Notes: generated by a model from the sequence alone, not told the origin. Positions 34,980 to 47,990 are shown, counted from the whole stretch's first letter. The stretch: DNA of 53,575 nucleotides, filler included, from Bipalium vagum (GCA_037834085.1; 3 parts of 3 records of this genome joined end to end with filler, not necessarily neighbours in it), one strand, 5' to 3'. Translations and numbers: made by a program.

Positions 34980-35340
34980 ACGCACGAGAAGTGGTGAAGA
35001 TGATTTGTAGGCTCTCGTAGAAAAAAAAATAGGCTCCTACTAAAAAAAATTGAGGAAATTTCAAAAATGACAAATATCTCATGGGCACTTGAATATATTG
35101 GGAAATTTATGCATTCCGATAAGTGGGTGCCTTATAATATCAATGATAAGAAGAAATATCTTCAAAAACCAAAATTTTCTTCAAAACTACATGTTGTCAG
35201 GATAACTGGAAAAAAATTAAGGAGCTCTTATGGGAGATTTTCACTCATCCTGCATATTCTTACTCCGTCTGATTTTCACCTGATTACAACAATTTCCAAA
35301 TGGAAGAATGTTAAAGTTTTATTGAAGAAGTGAAAAATAT
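34980..35340 (+). mobile_element. mariner relic
   Basis: DKWVPYNI (WVPHEL-like) and LTPSDFHL in ORF 35067-35333. Confidence 0.6.
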
Positions 35341-35525
35341 CTTTTTAAAGTACAGTCTACCCTCTACGATTTTACACCTCTATTTTTTTCCTATAAATAA
35401 AAAATCATACACATTTTAAGGCTTTATTCTACTTTTTACCACTTCTAATTTCCACTTTTTATATCACATTTTACTATCTCCAGAAGCAATCATTTTTAAA
35501 ACTTGGATTGAAGATTTGATAAATA

Positions 35526-35680
35526 TTAGGTTGTAAAGAAATAAATGGCGGTTTTAAACATCTAACTTTAAAGGAACAAATGACAGCTTAAACAAAGTTT
35601 TAATTATCAAAATAGAATCCGCCAGACTGTACACACTTCTCCCAACGAGTGACAAGCTTATTTATCCCGATTCAATAAAA
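35526..35680 (-). mobile_element. mariner 3' end running into the contig edge
   Basis: TA+ttaggttgtaaag TIR-like terminus; the minus strand gives GINKLVTRWEKCVQSGGFYFD*. Confidence 0.75.
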
Positions 35681-35780
35681 NNNNNNNNNNNNNNNNNNNN
35701 NNNNNNNNNNNNNNNNNNNNNNNNTTAATTAATTAANNNNNNNNNNNNNNNNNNNNNNNNNNNNNNNNNNNNNNNNNNNN
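35681..35780. other. Artificial contig spacer N44-TTAATTAATTAA-N44
   Basis: Identical to 17141-17240. Confidence 0.97.
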
Positions 35781-36129
35781 ATAATAATAAATATTATTAT
35801 TATTATTATTATTATTTATAATATTATTAATTTGTCCTTTAAAATGAAATTCTGAAATAAATTTGAATATTAATATTTTAAAAAGATTTTACGGATGAAA
35901 AAAAAATGCAGAAAAAGATTTCATAAGTAATAATTTTTCTTTGAAAACCAGAAAAAACATTGGTATAATATTTCATTTTTAGTAAGTTTCAAATTTAAAT
36001 GTAACGTTAATATGGATCTTTAAGAGTTATAAGTGGAAGAAATTGAGATAAGAGTAAAAAACTTTAACTTCTAAAAAAGAAAAAATCAATATTTCACCGA
36101 AAAGCCTTAGTAGAACAAGTTGTCAAGAT

Positions 36130-36836
36130 GTTGTCCATTTAACTTTTCCCTGGTCGCAAAATCACAATTCATTAATACCACATACCCTATCCTAATATTT
36201 ACTGAGTTGGGTTTTATTTATTTTTATCTGAAACCGGATGAGAACTTGACAATATCAATTCCATTTTGTAAAAAATGATAATTATCCAAATAATTTAGAA
36301 CCACTTGAAATTATCTTCGCACAATGGCTGGTCGGTGTCAAGAAGTCATTAGAAAGAAAAACATTACTTTTATAATAGTTCAGTTATAAAATCCAAAATT
36401 CTAAGCTGTACGTTAAACATGACAAATAGTAATATTACTGTTATTCATTACCAAACAATTAATAATTGTTTTTTCCTATTATCAATTAATTAATAATAAT
36501 AATGTTGACATTGAAATAATCAATAATGCACTTTAATTAAATATAAAATTGTCACAATCATAAAATATCACAAAAATAATTTTTATTACTTAAGTAATAA
36601 TATAACTGGATAAATTTTTATAAAAATATTGGCTTAATTAATTGAATTAATTCACAGAAATAATAAATTTTGATTTTATAATTTATAAAATTGTTAAGAA
36701 ACTTTGTCTATTTGTGAATTTTAAAATTATCTTCATGTAATATCAAAATAAGATTAATGCGAAACTAAAATAAATAACTGAATAATTCAATTAATTAAAT
36801 ATCAATTAATTTTATTTTGGGTAGGTAATTAAATTC

Positions 36837-36914
<78 letters not shown>

Positions 36915-37100
36915 TAAAATTATACAGATTAAGAAATTTTTTATTTTTACAATTTTCCAGAATTTCATTTTCTTTTTAATTTTCGTTTATTATTCAATAA
37001 AATAGAATAAATGATTTATTTATTCATTTCTTTGGTAATAATTTTAGATATCACCAATCATATATTTTCCCATTTTCAAACTCAGACAGTCCAGGTGTAA
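36130..37100 (-). mobile_element. Highly decayed Tc1-like relic
   Basis: LSEFENGKI near 37090 (like the Tc1 N-terminus LSEFERGxI) and HCAKII..GIDIVKF near 36240-36335. Confidence 0.4.
36837..36912. repeat. (TAA)11(TTA)14 head-to-head microsatellite forming a 68-bp perfect palindrome
   Basis: Read directly; centre at 36870/36871 with no spacer. Confidence 0.95.
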
Positions 37101-38470
37101 AATGTGATTAAGAATATTTAATAAAAAATAGTTTAAAAATCAATATATTGATCAACTCAGTTCAATAATTTTACCCGATTCATTTTAGATTTTTTAAGAT
37201 GATAAACGAACACAAAATATAAAAATGTCCACTGTAGCCATTTTTCTAATGGTGACATCAATATCTTATAAACCTATTGTTTTTTTCATAATTATCTTTA
37301 TCTCATTTTCTTTATATAGATAAAGATCGACGAACCAAATAAATAAAAATAATAAAGAGCAGAAAACGACGAAAACACCTTCAACATTGAGATTTGAGGT
37401 TTTGTTATCCATTAAAAATCAAGAGAGACAACAACAGAGGCTTACATGCAACGATTCAAAACGATATGGACTTACTTCTTTTATCATCAGAATTCAATCT
37501 GAAACAGTTTTAAGAGTAGATGATGATGAAAATCAATTTATACCATAATTGTAAGAAAAATGATTAAACGGAAAGAAATATTCATAAAATATTCAGTGGA
37601 AATCGACAAATGTTCTAAAAGCATTCTTGAGGAAGTTCAAAAATTTTTCCATAAATGTTATTTGTAGTAGAGAAAATTATTAAGAAATAGAAATTCAGAA
37701 AAACAATATAATTAATGAATGTTGAACCAAACGATTTTTTTGAAATTTATCCTTTTTAAAGTTTTATCTGAAGGTGAAGAAAATTTGACATAAATTTTTG
37801 TAATAACAATAAGACTGTTCCAATAATAATAATAATAATTAGAAATAAGTGAATGAATACATTTAGCAACTGAGACAATTATTATTAAAAATGCAGAAAA
37901 TAAATGAAAAGACATTAATTAAAAACATCAATATTTCAACCTTTTTCGGGAGAGCCAGTATTGGAAAACCATTAATACCTCAGCAGAATTAAATCCTGTT
38001 CAAATCAATAAAACACGGAGATTAAGTGGAAATTAATGTCTTTTTTATATTTTTTCTTAAGATCTCATAACTCAAATTTTGAAATTCTCGTAATTATTTT
38101 TAAAAATATTTTTTTCTAAAATAAAATTATAATTTTGACTAACATTGATAAAAATGAATAATAATAATAATAATTTTTTAAAATGTTTTTTATTATTCTC
38201 TTTATTTATTATTGAAACTCTTGCACCACTCTTCCGATTTCGATAAATAAGACTTCCTAAAAATCAAAACAATGAAATATGATCACAATAATATTTATAA
38301 AAGGATTAGTGAGTAATAATATATTTGACAACTTAAAATCAATAAAAGCATAATACGACAAGAAATTTAAAACCAGATTTCATTAATATCTGCCTCGCAC
38401 TAATTTACCAAGACAAAAACATCTGGACATTTATTTTATAATAAAACATTTAGAATTGAAAAATAGTTAC

Positions 38471-41400
38471 TTTGTTATAACCGCAAAGGACAACTGAGAA
38501 CATGTTCGGTATATGATATTTGCCTATCATATCATCCAGCAAAGTCGATTTCGGATTTATGTTATCAGGCTGTGTCAAAATTGCGTATGCCAATCCAAGT
38601 ATACCTTGAAAATTTCCCTGCTTTAAAAAGAAAGAAGTCGATTCTTTTATAACACCAAAGTTTGACCGGACAGAAAGGGGTTTAGAATATTTTAAAGTTC
38701 TGTTCAAATCTAAATTAGATGGCCAATGTCACACAAGCAAATAGTCCAAAAGATGTGTTCATTTTGTTTAATGATAAAAATTTCGTTTTATTAATATATT
38801 TATTTATAATAATATAAATAAATTATATTCATATTATTGAATAAACAGTTATCATTTAAATGAAATTTTTTAATATATTTAATGAAGTTAATATGTTTTT
38901 GAAAAATAAATTCAGTATAGATATTAATTATTTTAATAAATAAATAAATATTAGGTGTACAACTATGACTCCGGCTTTTTAAAAAATGATAACAGCAATT
39001 TTGTTTGCATATATATCTAAATTATATTGAATTGATATATAAACAAAAATATCATATCATTATTAATATCACGAGACAGTGGTTTTAATATTCCTTGTTT
39101 AAATATTATAGCGATTCAAAATGTCATTCATCCCAAATAAACGACATTTGCGGGAAGTAATTCTACATTACTTTATTGCCAAGAAAACTGCAGCGGAAAC
39201 GTACCGCTTTCTTCGAGATACCCATGGAGAACATGCTTCTTCGATGACCACATGTAAAGATTGGTTTTACCGTTTAAGAAATGGCCAATATGATACGAAC
39301 GACAATGAGCATGGGAAGCCACAAAAACAAATTGAATATAGAGACTTGAGTAGGCTGTTGGACTAAGACCCATGCCAAACACAATCTGATCTAGCTGTCG
39401 CATTAAATGTGACTCAACAATGCATTTCAAAACGTCTGAAGCTTTAGGAATTATTCGAAAATTAGGAATTTGGATCCCACATGAAATGACAGAAAGATTC
39501 ATTGAATGGCGAAAAACAATTTGTGATGTCCTTCTTCAGAGACAAAAAGGGAAAATTTTTTGCATCGAATTATCATAGGAGACGAAAAATGGATTCGTTA
39601 TGACAATCCAAAACGCAAAGCAGCTTGGGTAATGCCAGGTGAACCCGGTTCATCAACAGCGAAACAAAATGTCCACGATTTGAAAGTTATGTTGTGTATC
39701 TAGTGGGATCAGAAAGGAGTGATCTATTATGAATTTAAAATCTTCTCAAACAATAACTGGTGAATTTTATCGATCACAATTAATTCGTTTGAAGCAATCT
39801 TTAAATGAAAAATGACTGGAATGGGTGACTAGACACGAAAAGATAATTTTACAACATGATAACGCAAGACTGCGTGTTAATTCAGTTGTAAATAATTACT
39901 TAGAAGGTACAAAGTGGGAAGTCTTACCTCACCAGCTCTATTCATCAGACACCACTCCTTCGGATTACCATTTTTCCGCTCTTTGCAATCAGCACTTTCC
40001 GGAGAGCAATTCAGTTCCATTGAAGACTTCCAAAATTGGATTGACAGCTGGATTTCTTTCGTGGAATTCATTTGTTACCTGAAAGGTTGGCAAAGGTTGT
40101 GGCTTCCAATGGAACATATTTCAATAAATATTTTTAAATAACATTTTTAATTGTTTTGTCTTTGTTTTCTTATTAAAAAATGCCGGAGTCATAGTCGCAC
40201 ACATAATAATATTATAGTAATAATATAATAATAATAATGAATTAATTATAATTATAAATTAAAATAAAACATGAAATTAAAATTTAAAAATCCTGATTCT
40301 GTTGGAAATAAAAACAGATTCCACATATTATCACAATAACATTTTCATGTATTAAAATCAATTATAAATAGTCAGAAATTTGAAAATTAAGGATTAATAA
40401 ATTATTAATTAAATAAAATAATAATCTAATAAAAAATAATTAAGATATTCTACACGGAAAAAATCTAATTATGTTAGAAATTTATAGAAATTCAAAGAAA
40501 TAATTTGAATAGAAAATATTTTATCGCCATTATATTTTTTCAAAATTCATTATCACTATTGATTATTGTTAATAGATTTTTAAAGTCAGCTGGGCACTTT
40601 AGAATGGCAATTAATAATTTTAATATTATTGTAATTGTTTTTAATAATATCATGAATAAATTTAACAACCATGCCCTCTACCCATGTCATTGAGGACTGA
40701 CTACAAATCGAACAATTAAAAATTAACAAGAATTATCCTCATGTTTTCCTGTTTTACTATTAAAAAATTTCAGTTTGGGGCGCTCTGTTACACCTCAGAT
40801 GTTTAATATTTAATAATATCAGATGTTAAGAGCTTGAAAGAGATTTCAAAAAAGATCTTAATGAATGAAGATTAAATGATGAATATTTTTTAAACATTTT
40901 CAGATAAAAAAGAATGTGATAAATGTGGATGTTGAGCAGATGAGAAAAGATTTACGCCAAACTGGACATCAAAATTCATTAACGTAATAATTTTTCTTTA
41001 TTTGCGTTTCGAAAAAATAGAATTTTTTCAAAAAAAGATTAATAATTAGTGGAAAATATAAAAATAAAAGTCGATTTGAAAACACTAAGTATTAAATATT
41101 TAGAAAATCAATTTTTAAGGAACACAACCCAAAGTTGTTCACATAGAGTTATAGAGTTAGGCAATGACATGGGCAACAATGTTGCAAAAATCAGCTCCTT
41201 TGTCATTTATCAACACGGTTATTTCGATTGTGAAAAATGGAATGGAATGGATCTCTCAAAGAATGTCAATTTGCAGAAAAAGATCTTTCAAAAATTTATC
41301 AAATGGCAACCACCGACTCAACCATCGTCACAAGTCAGAGTGATTGAGTGATCAAAGTACCTTTACAGGAGATCTTCGATTCTGAACGAAAGGTTATCGA

Positions 41401-44400
41401 CAAGAAAGATGTGAAAATTGATTGTCATTTATATGTTGAAAATTATTTAGAAAAAAATATTTGTATTGACTTTGAATTTTATTGACCGACGAATAGTTTG
41501 TCACAAATGTTTTCTTTTTAATGGACACTTGTCAATTATTTGTCCCATAATTTTGCAAGTATGAACATTGGGCAACAATAATAAGTTCAACTCACCGACA
41601 AACGCTATTCCGTCTAAAGTAAAAATATCTGAGCTGAATGTGCCGCTCCATTTTCCAGAATCATAAGAGACTGAAAGTCCAATGTTAAGATCGAAAAATG
41701 TTGTCGATGCATCAGATTTGAAATAAGTGCTTAGAAAGGCATCAGGGTATCCAGCAACCGCCGTATTGCTGCTTCCAGTATCGATAATTAGATTAAACTA
41801 AATTGTGAATAAAATAACAATGACCATGAAAATCTTTGAAGTGTTCTTTATTTTCTTAAGTTAACTTTGTTAAAAACATTTTTAAAAAATTCAAAATATT
41901 AAAAAAAAATTTCTTCCTCACGGAAAATTTATTCCGTTGAAATATTTAAGTTGTATAAATTTTGTTATGCATTTATTTGTTTTGATTATCCTTCCAAAAC
42001 ATTTTGATCAAATATATACTTCAAATACTAATACTTCTAATTATAAAAAATTTAATTTATAATTGTGAATACCTTTCATTAAATTTTCTTAAGCTATTAT
42101 AGTGAATTATAAAATTTTGAAATTTGTATAATTTTAGTTGGAACTATCATTCTTTCGTGCCTGTGAATACAAAGAAACCTCGACATTCTACTTCAGTTCA
42201 AAAAGGTTTATACTAAAAATTTTCAATATCTAAATTGCCTAACTTTTCTTTTGTTTCAATGTCCCTATGCGATCTAACATTATCTGCTGCAGAATTACTT
42301 TGATTCCATTGGTAAATGCAAAAAATCATACACAGGGTCTTCCAAAAGAACCTTTACTACTTTAAGTCGCTATTTCTCCGTACATAAAAATTAAAAAGCC
42401 AAGTAATTTTATTTATACCTTTATTTAAACACAAATATTACAAAAAATTATTTTTTAAATATGATGTCATTTACAAGTTTGGGCTATTTTTATGGAATTT
42501 GCATAGCTTTTTGGCATAAGTCATTTGAAATAATAGCGATTTGTTCCGAAAAGTTGTCTTTGAGTTGTGTTACAGTTTTTAGTTGATTAATATAAACTTT
42601 ACCTCTTAGATATCCCCATAAGAAAGTCTGGAGCCGTGAAATCGGGAGATCTGGGAGGCAAATCAACATCACCGAAACATGAGATCACGCCAGATGAAAA
42701 AGTTTTGTATAATAATGCAATTGTTCTCCTATTTGTATGGGATGTGGCAGCGTCTTGCTGAAAGTAAATATTCTCCACATTAAAATCATTCAGATAAGGC
42801 TTAAGGAATGTTTCTATCATGTGTCGATATCTCTCTTCCGTTACAGTAACTGTTTTATCTGCAGCATTTTCGAAAAATTATGGACCAATTACACCTCTTG
42901 CCCATACTCCACACCATACAGTAGCTTTTGCCGAATGTAAAGCTTCTTCTTCAAAACATAGAGTGGCTTTGTTGCCCAAATTCGACAATTTATTTTATTA
43001 AAAACACCTTCACTCAAGTGAATATGACTTTCATCATTCATAATGATTTTTTTCCACAAATGAGGATCCGCAATTGATCTTTCTAACAACCAATTACAAT
43101 AAGTCTGATTCTTTAAGCTTCTGAACTACGATAAGCTTATATGCTTTAATATGCAAATCTTCATGCATTATCCGCGACAAACTGGATTTTGAGAGATTTA
43201 ATTCCTGTTCTCTATGACTGGTTGAGTTGCATTTATTATCTTCAATGCTTTCTCGTGTACTCGCAATATTTTCAGGTTTACGGGCAGATCGAGGTCGTCC
43301 AGATTTTGGTCTATCTGCTACAGAGCCATATGCTTTCAAAAGATTGCCAGACTGTAAATTGTTGGTTTTTATGGACATTTATTTTTCCCAAATTTTGCAT
43401 TTAATTTTTTAACGGTTGTATCTACCGCTTTGATTAACTATTTTGACAATTTCTGCCAGTTGCATATAACGATCCACATTTAATTTTCAAATGTTTAGCT
43501 AAAATAATGTTAAATATTAATTTATTTAAACAAAAACCATTTAGTATGTAATATGTTAAAAGTAGTAAAGCGTCTTTTGGAAGACCCCGTAGTTACTGGC
43601 AATAGAGGTCGAAATTAATAGCTACACTAACAGTTAACTTCAAATACTTAATAATTATTAAAAAAATATTAATAATTCATAATAATATTATAAAATAAGA
43701 CTCAAGTACAAAATAACTAATTTCAACATTATATTTTGAAAAGACTTCATAATATTATAAGTAATCATTAATGTTGAAATAGTTCCAAAATACCCTAATA
43801 AAAAATTATCGAAAACTAATTACATGCAATAATTATACACTAGAAAGATCAGACAAATATCATAATAATAAGTAATAATCAGAGATAATTAGTTATAAAT
43901 TATTTTATCTCCACTATTTAAACGATTTAGCGAGTTATACAATTTTATAAATTTTAATATAATAAATCAAAAACTGGCTGGTTTTTAAGCTCATCAATGA
44001 AAACGAGATATTGTTCTATAGGAGAACATTTGAACAGACAGCTTTGAGTTTTAAATATATTCATTTATTCTTAAACAGACTTGATCAACTTACAAATTAT
44101 TTGATGTTGAGTGAATATTTTCAGTTTCATCACACCATCAAGAATGATAGTCTTAAAAGCTGCAAATCAAGGTAACCGCAATCAAGTGTTAGAAGTTAGC
44201 TAGATCCCACAGGTTTTAATAAAGAAAACGTACTATACTCAATAATATCGTTAAATGTAGTGATTAATTCAATGGTACATTTGATATACATATATATGTA
44301 TATGAAAACTTGATTTATGTTTTTCTCTTTACAAAGAGAAAGGTGATAAAGATATCATGGCCAAATTTAGTATGAGGCAGATATTGAAACTTAATACGAA

Positions 44401-46496
44401 ACACGTTTAATTTTTATTCAAAAATGAATGGTACACGCAAAGAGATGAGTTGCTTTAGGATCACCTTAAGGACTAACATTAATTTCTTTATTTATGGATA
44501 GCCGAGAAAATAAAATAAATGACTTAATGGAAACAGAACACTGGTACACAAACGTTATTGTGACTATAAATGCGTATTATTCAAGAAGAAAGAAATTGAT
44601 CTATTCATTGTATACTTGAATAATCTCCATCATAATATAAAATTTATCATTGAAAAGGAAAACAAATAATCATTCTTAGGTTTGTAAGTAATAAAAGAAT
44701 TAAAAGTAAATTGAAAATATCAAATTACAAGAAAAGACAGATATCGGTTTGTGTACATCAAATAATAGTTACTGCAATGAAAAGTATAAAAATAGTCTAA
44801 TGAAAGGATTAATACACAGAATTTGGTCATTATCATCGGCCTGAAAACAGATTTACATCGAATTGAGTGAAATTAAAAGGTTAAAAAGAATTGTCTATCG
44901 AAAATCGAAATGATAGAAGTGTGATTAAGTTTATAAGTAACAAAGAATACATAGTAAACAAAGAAAGAAGGTAAATATAAGAACATTAATAAATATTCAT
45001 ATTTAGATGTATTTTGAAGTTTTAAAGAAAAATATTGCAGACCATAAATGAAGGCCTCTTTAAAGTAGTCTCTGTAACTGGGAAGAAAAAAAATTAATCT
45101 CGTTTATAAATTTCAATGACATGGATGTGATTCTCTACACTTATGGGAGACGCAACGTTATCTCGAAACTTAAATTAGCGAAAATTCCAAAAAGCCCGAA
45201 TAAGTAAATTTTTTGGATTACCAAAAAATCACGCTTTTTAAAAAACATTTTTGAACACAAAATTTTATACATAATCTTATCTTGATACATGTTTTGATCA
45301 ACTATTTTCACCTTTCTCCATTTTGTGAATTAATTTCTGGTTTCAGTTTTTTAATTACTTATGATTCGGATTTTTTACTTTCGTCATTATGATCAAAGTT
45401 GTTCATTATTAGACAAACTTCACTTTCATTAGCATATTTATTTCCTTGTCTTTTTTGCAGCAAACAGTATGAACCAACACTTGTTCTACTTTTTGGTGAA
45501 TTTCACTAATTCAACTTTTGAAGTGACGTTTTGTTAATGTTTTTTTAATTTATATTTTGGATAACAAAAAGATCGAAACATGAATTCAGATAGTATTATA
45601 AATAAATAAAAATTTCTGTGTTTAAAAATGATTCTTAAAAAGCCTGTATTAAAAAATACAAGAGACTAAAAAAATATATATTTGAAACACTAAATCGATC
45701 TAAAATTATTTTTTAATTAATATTAATCTTCACTTGTGTTGAGACTCCATTAAATATGTCTTTACCATTATCGTGAACTTTTTGTCTTTGTTAAATAAAT
45801 TTTGGAAAACTTTACCTATATATATAAAAGAAAGAATTAAAATAACAAATCATTGTCTTTTAAGAAATAAAGATATAAACAGAACTCTAAGATACATTCA
45901 TCCTATAATTTTGAAAACCCTTGATGTTGTCAAAAAACCACAAGGAATATCCGGTGAAAATGCAAAAAGTAAAATTTTTTCGTACAAGGAAAAATAACAT
46001 TAAAATATCTGAAAGTTTCATTACGATTGTTATGGGAATTTTATTTTAAGAAATACTGAAACAGTAATAATTTTTAATTTCAATCAAATATTAATATTTC
46101 ATGAGTGCATTCATTACACATTAAGTCAAAAAATTTAGCCAATTTCACTTGAATATTTTTGACAATAAATTATATTTTTTGTAATTTAAATTATACCTTT
46201 ATATTAAAAATATTGTAGAAATAATTTTTAAATACTTTTTGGACCGGTGTCCCAATTCCAACGGTGAGATAATATCCAAAATTTGAAACACCAGTCAAAT
46301 CTGCTTCCATATATGTTATTATAGTATCAGAAGGTTTTCCCATAGTTTGGAAGCTTTTTAAGTTGATCTCAAAACTTTTAGTATAAATATTGGGAGGTGG
46401 AATGACTCGATACAAAGGCGCATGTATATTTCCAGAACATATTATCACAAATAATGAAGACAATATCTGACAAATCTTGACAAAATATATTGCCAT
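38471..46496 (-). CDS. BACE1: Beta-secretase (BACE)-like aspartic protease, 5' half; exons 46496-46236, 41797-41596, 38709-38471
   Basis: Signal-peptide-like start; DLTGVSNFGYYLTVGIGTPVQK|FNLIIDTGSSNTAVAG...YDSGKWSG..SD; VRSNFGVIKESTSFFLKQGNFQGILGLAYA...PNMFSVVLCG. This aligns in order with human BACE1 (ILVDTGSSNFAVG, YTQGKWEG, WEGILGLAYA, PNLFSLQLCG). Phases 0 and 1 are consistent. The second catalytic motif was not found before the contig edge. BACE1 versus BACE2 cannot be resolved (probably a pro-ortholog). Confidence 0.88.
38951..40206 (+). mobile_element. Near full-length mariner (mauritiana/Mos1-like, DD34D), inactivated, in BACE intron 2
   Basis: 25-bp TIRs (22/25 match) with TA flanks; MSFIPNKRHLREV..KKTAAE, WIPHEM, IGDEKWI, HDNAR, YSSDTTPSDY; several stops and frameshifts. 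Confidence 0.93.
40780..41560 (+). mobile_element. Highly decayed Ty1/copia RT-RNase H relic
   Basis: Weak motifs in copia order, ending KKDVKIDCHLYV....I..EF (like KHIxIxxHFVRE...I.LEY). Confidence 0.4.
42333..43589 (-). mobile_element. DD41D (rosa/VS) Tc1-mariner transposon, both TIRs, inactivated, in BACE intron 1
   Basis: TIR c.gggtcttccaaaaga..ctttactacttt at both ends; GSVADRPKSGRPRSAR, MNDESHIHL, FQQDAATSHT...PPRSPDFTAPD with 41 residues between the two D. Confidence 0.92.
43975..45190 (+). mobile_element. Second Penelope-like relic, heavily decayed
   Basis: NEWYTQRD..ALGSP, LNNLHHNIKFIIEKE, KGLIHRIWSLSS and GETQRYLET..SE pieces in PLE order. Confidence 0.75.
45225..45650. repeat. 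~75-bp imperfect inverted repeats (45225-45300 and 45571-45650)
   Basis: gctttttaaaaaacatttttgaacacaaaattt...catgttttgatc versus the reverse complement of the right arm, gctttttaagaatcatttttaaacacagaaattt...catgtttcgatc. Confidence 0.6.
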
Positions 46497-47219
46497 CTAA
46501 AAACAAAAATTAGGTAGCACATGTATTGAAATGAATTAGTAAGATAAGTAGTAATTTCCATGATAAGTTTTAAATTAGTATTTATATTATAATAGTAATT
46601 AAAATTAATTAAAAAATAAATTTTAATTTTAATTTTAAAAAATTCTAATGTAAATTTAATCAAAAATATATATTTAAATTTGAAACAATTAAAAAGCTTA
46701 AGATTATTAAATAAATTATAATTTATTATAACAACACAAAATTATTCTGAATTGTAAAATAGAAAAAAATTAAATTCTCAAAATAAAAACTAAAAATTGA
46801 AAATTCATATTTTTAATATTGTTATATATTAGAAAATATAGATATTTATCTTTTTAAATGAAATATATTTAAGAAATCACTAAAACTTAAGTGATTTGGA
46901 TAGTTTATTATTAATTTAATTTAAATCGATTAAGGAATCTTAAAAATTATATCATTCGTTTTAAGTATTACAAAAACTTATACGATACACAGATATCAGT
47001 TTAAATTTCTAACAGTACATTCTTTAATTAGTTAGAAAAGAGAATATCATATCACATAAAAAATTTGATAACAAGTAAGAACATTAAAATTTTAAAACAG
47101 ACATAATAAAACAGAGAAAGGTTAAATTCTAACCATATCAACAGTTAGAATTTACAAGTAATTGAATTTAAGTCAATCAATTCATTCATCATCCAATTTA
47201 TAATATACATTCAAGATCA

Positions 47220-47990
47220 TGTAACGATGCCACTTGATGCGGAGCATCCAAACAAAATGACTTGATTTATATAATAATTTTTGAGTTTTCCTTTACCTGA
47301 TCTTACATGACTCCAAATTCAAACAAATTTTTGGTAAAAATAATTGATTCTTGGATTGATTGTCTTTCAAATCGGAATCAGTAAGCGTTCAGAAAACTAG
47401 TCTGGATAATGATAAGAAATTATTCTGGGATATTTGATAAGTAATAACCATGGATTTAACGAAGATAATTAAAGAGAAATGAGTGGAAGAGAATCAAGTG
47501 GAAGTCGAAGATATTAATAGAGAAGTAACATTAAAAAATTTCGACAAATTGGCCAAAGAAGTAGATTATTAGTGATGTTCTATAATAGAAAAAGTACTGT
47601 TGTTGTGATTGTTTTATTGAAATTGCGTTCGGGTTCCCCATCACAAGGGTATAACTGAGCAACTGTAAGGGAATCTCGGCAGGGGTTATCTCATAGGGTA
47701 TTTTTCTTACTTATCATATATTTTATTGATAACAATTTATTTTCCTTAATTAATTTAATTTAATTACTGTTTAATTTATATTTAATTTTGATTATTATCA
47801 TTTGATTTTTAAATTTGATTTCTGTTATTTGCTAACATTTGATCGTTGAAAGACTGTGTGATTGTTCGATTAGACAATTTTTTATCAGTATCATTTTTAT
47901 CCATGTACTTATTTGATAATTTGATTGTTGCTCAGATTGTTATTTGAATTCATTTAGACGATTTGATAGTGTTATCGTTGTAACCTTGCA
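47220..47990. repeat. Candidate LTR-like segment
   Basis: Begins TGTAACGAT and ends near ATCGTTGTAAC, with a T-rich U5-like second half like that of 14549-14975. No clean TSD. Confidence 0.25.

Noticed and set aside
37266-37412. 48-aa minus-strand ORF with a hydrophobic stretch (MDNKTSNLNVEGVFVVFCSLLFLFIWFV...)
   Set aside because: T-rich DNA gives such pseudo-transmembrane ORFs by chance; no other support.
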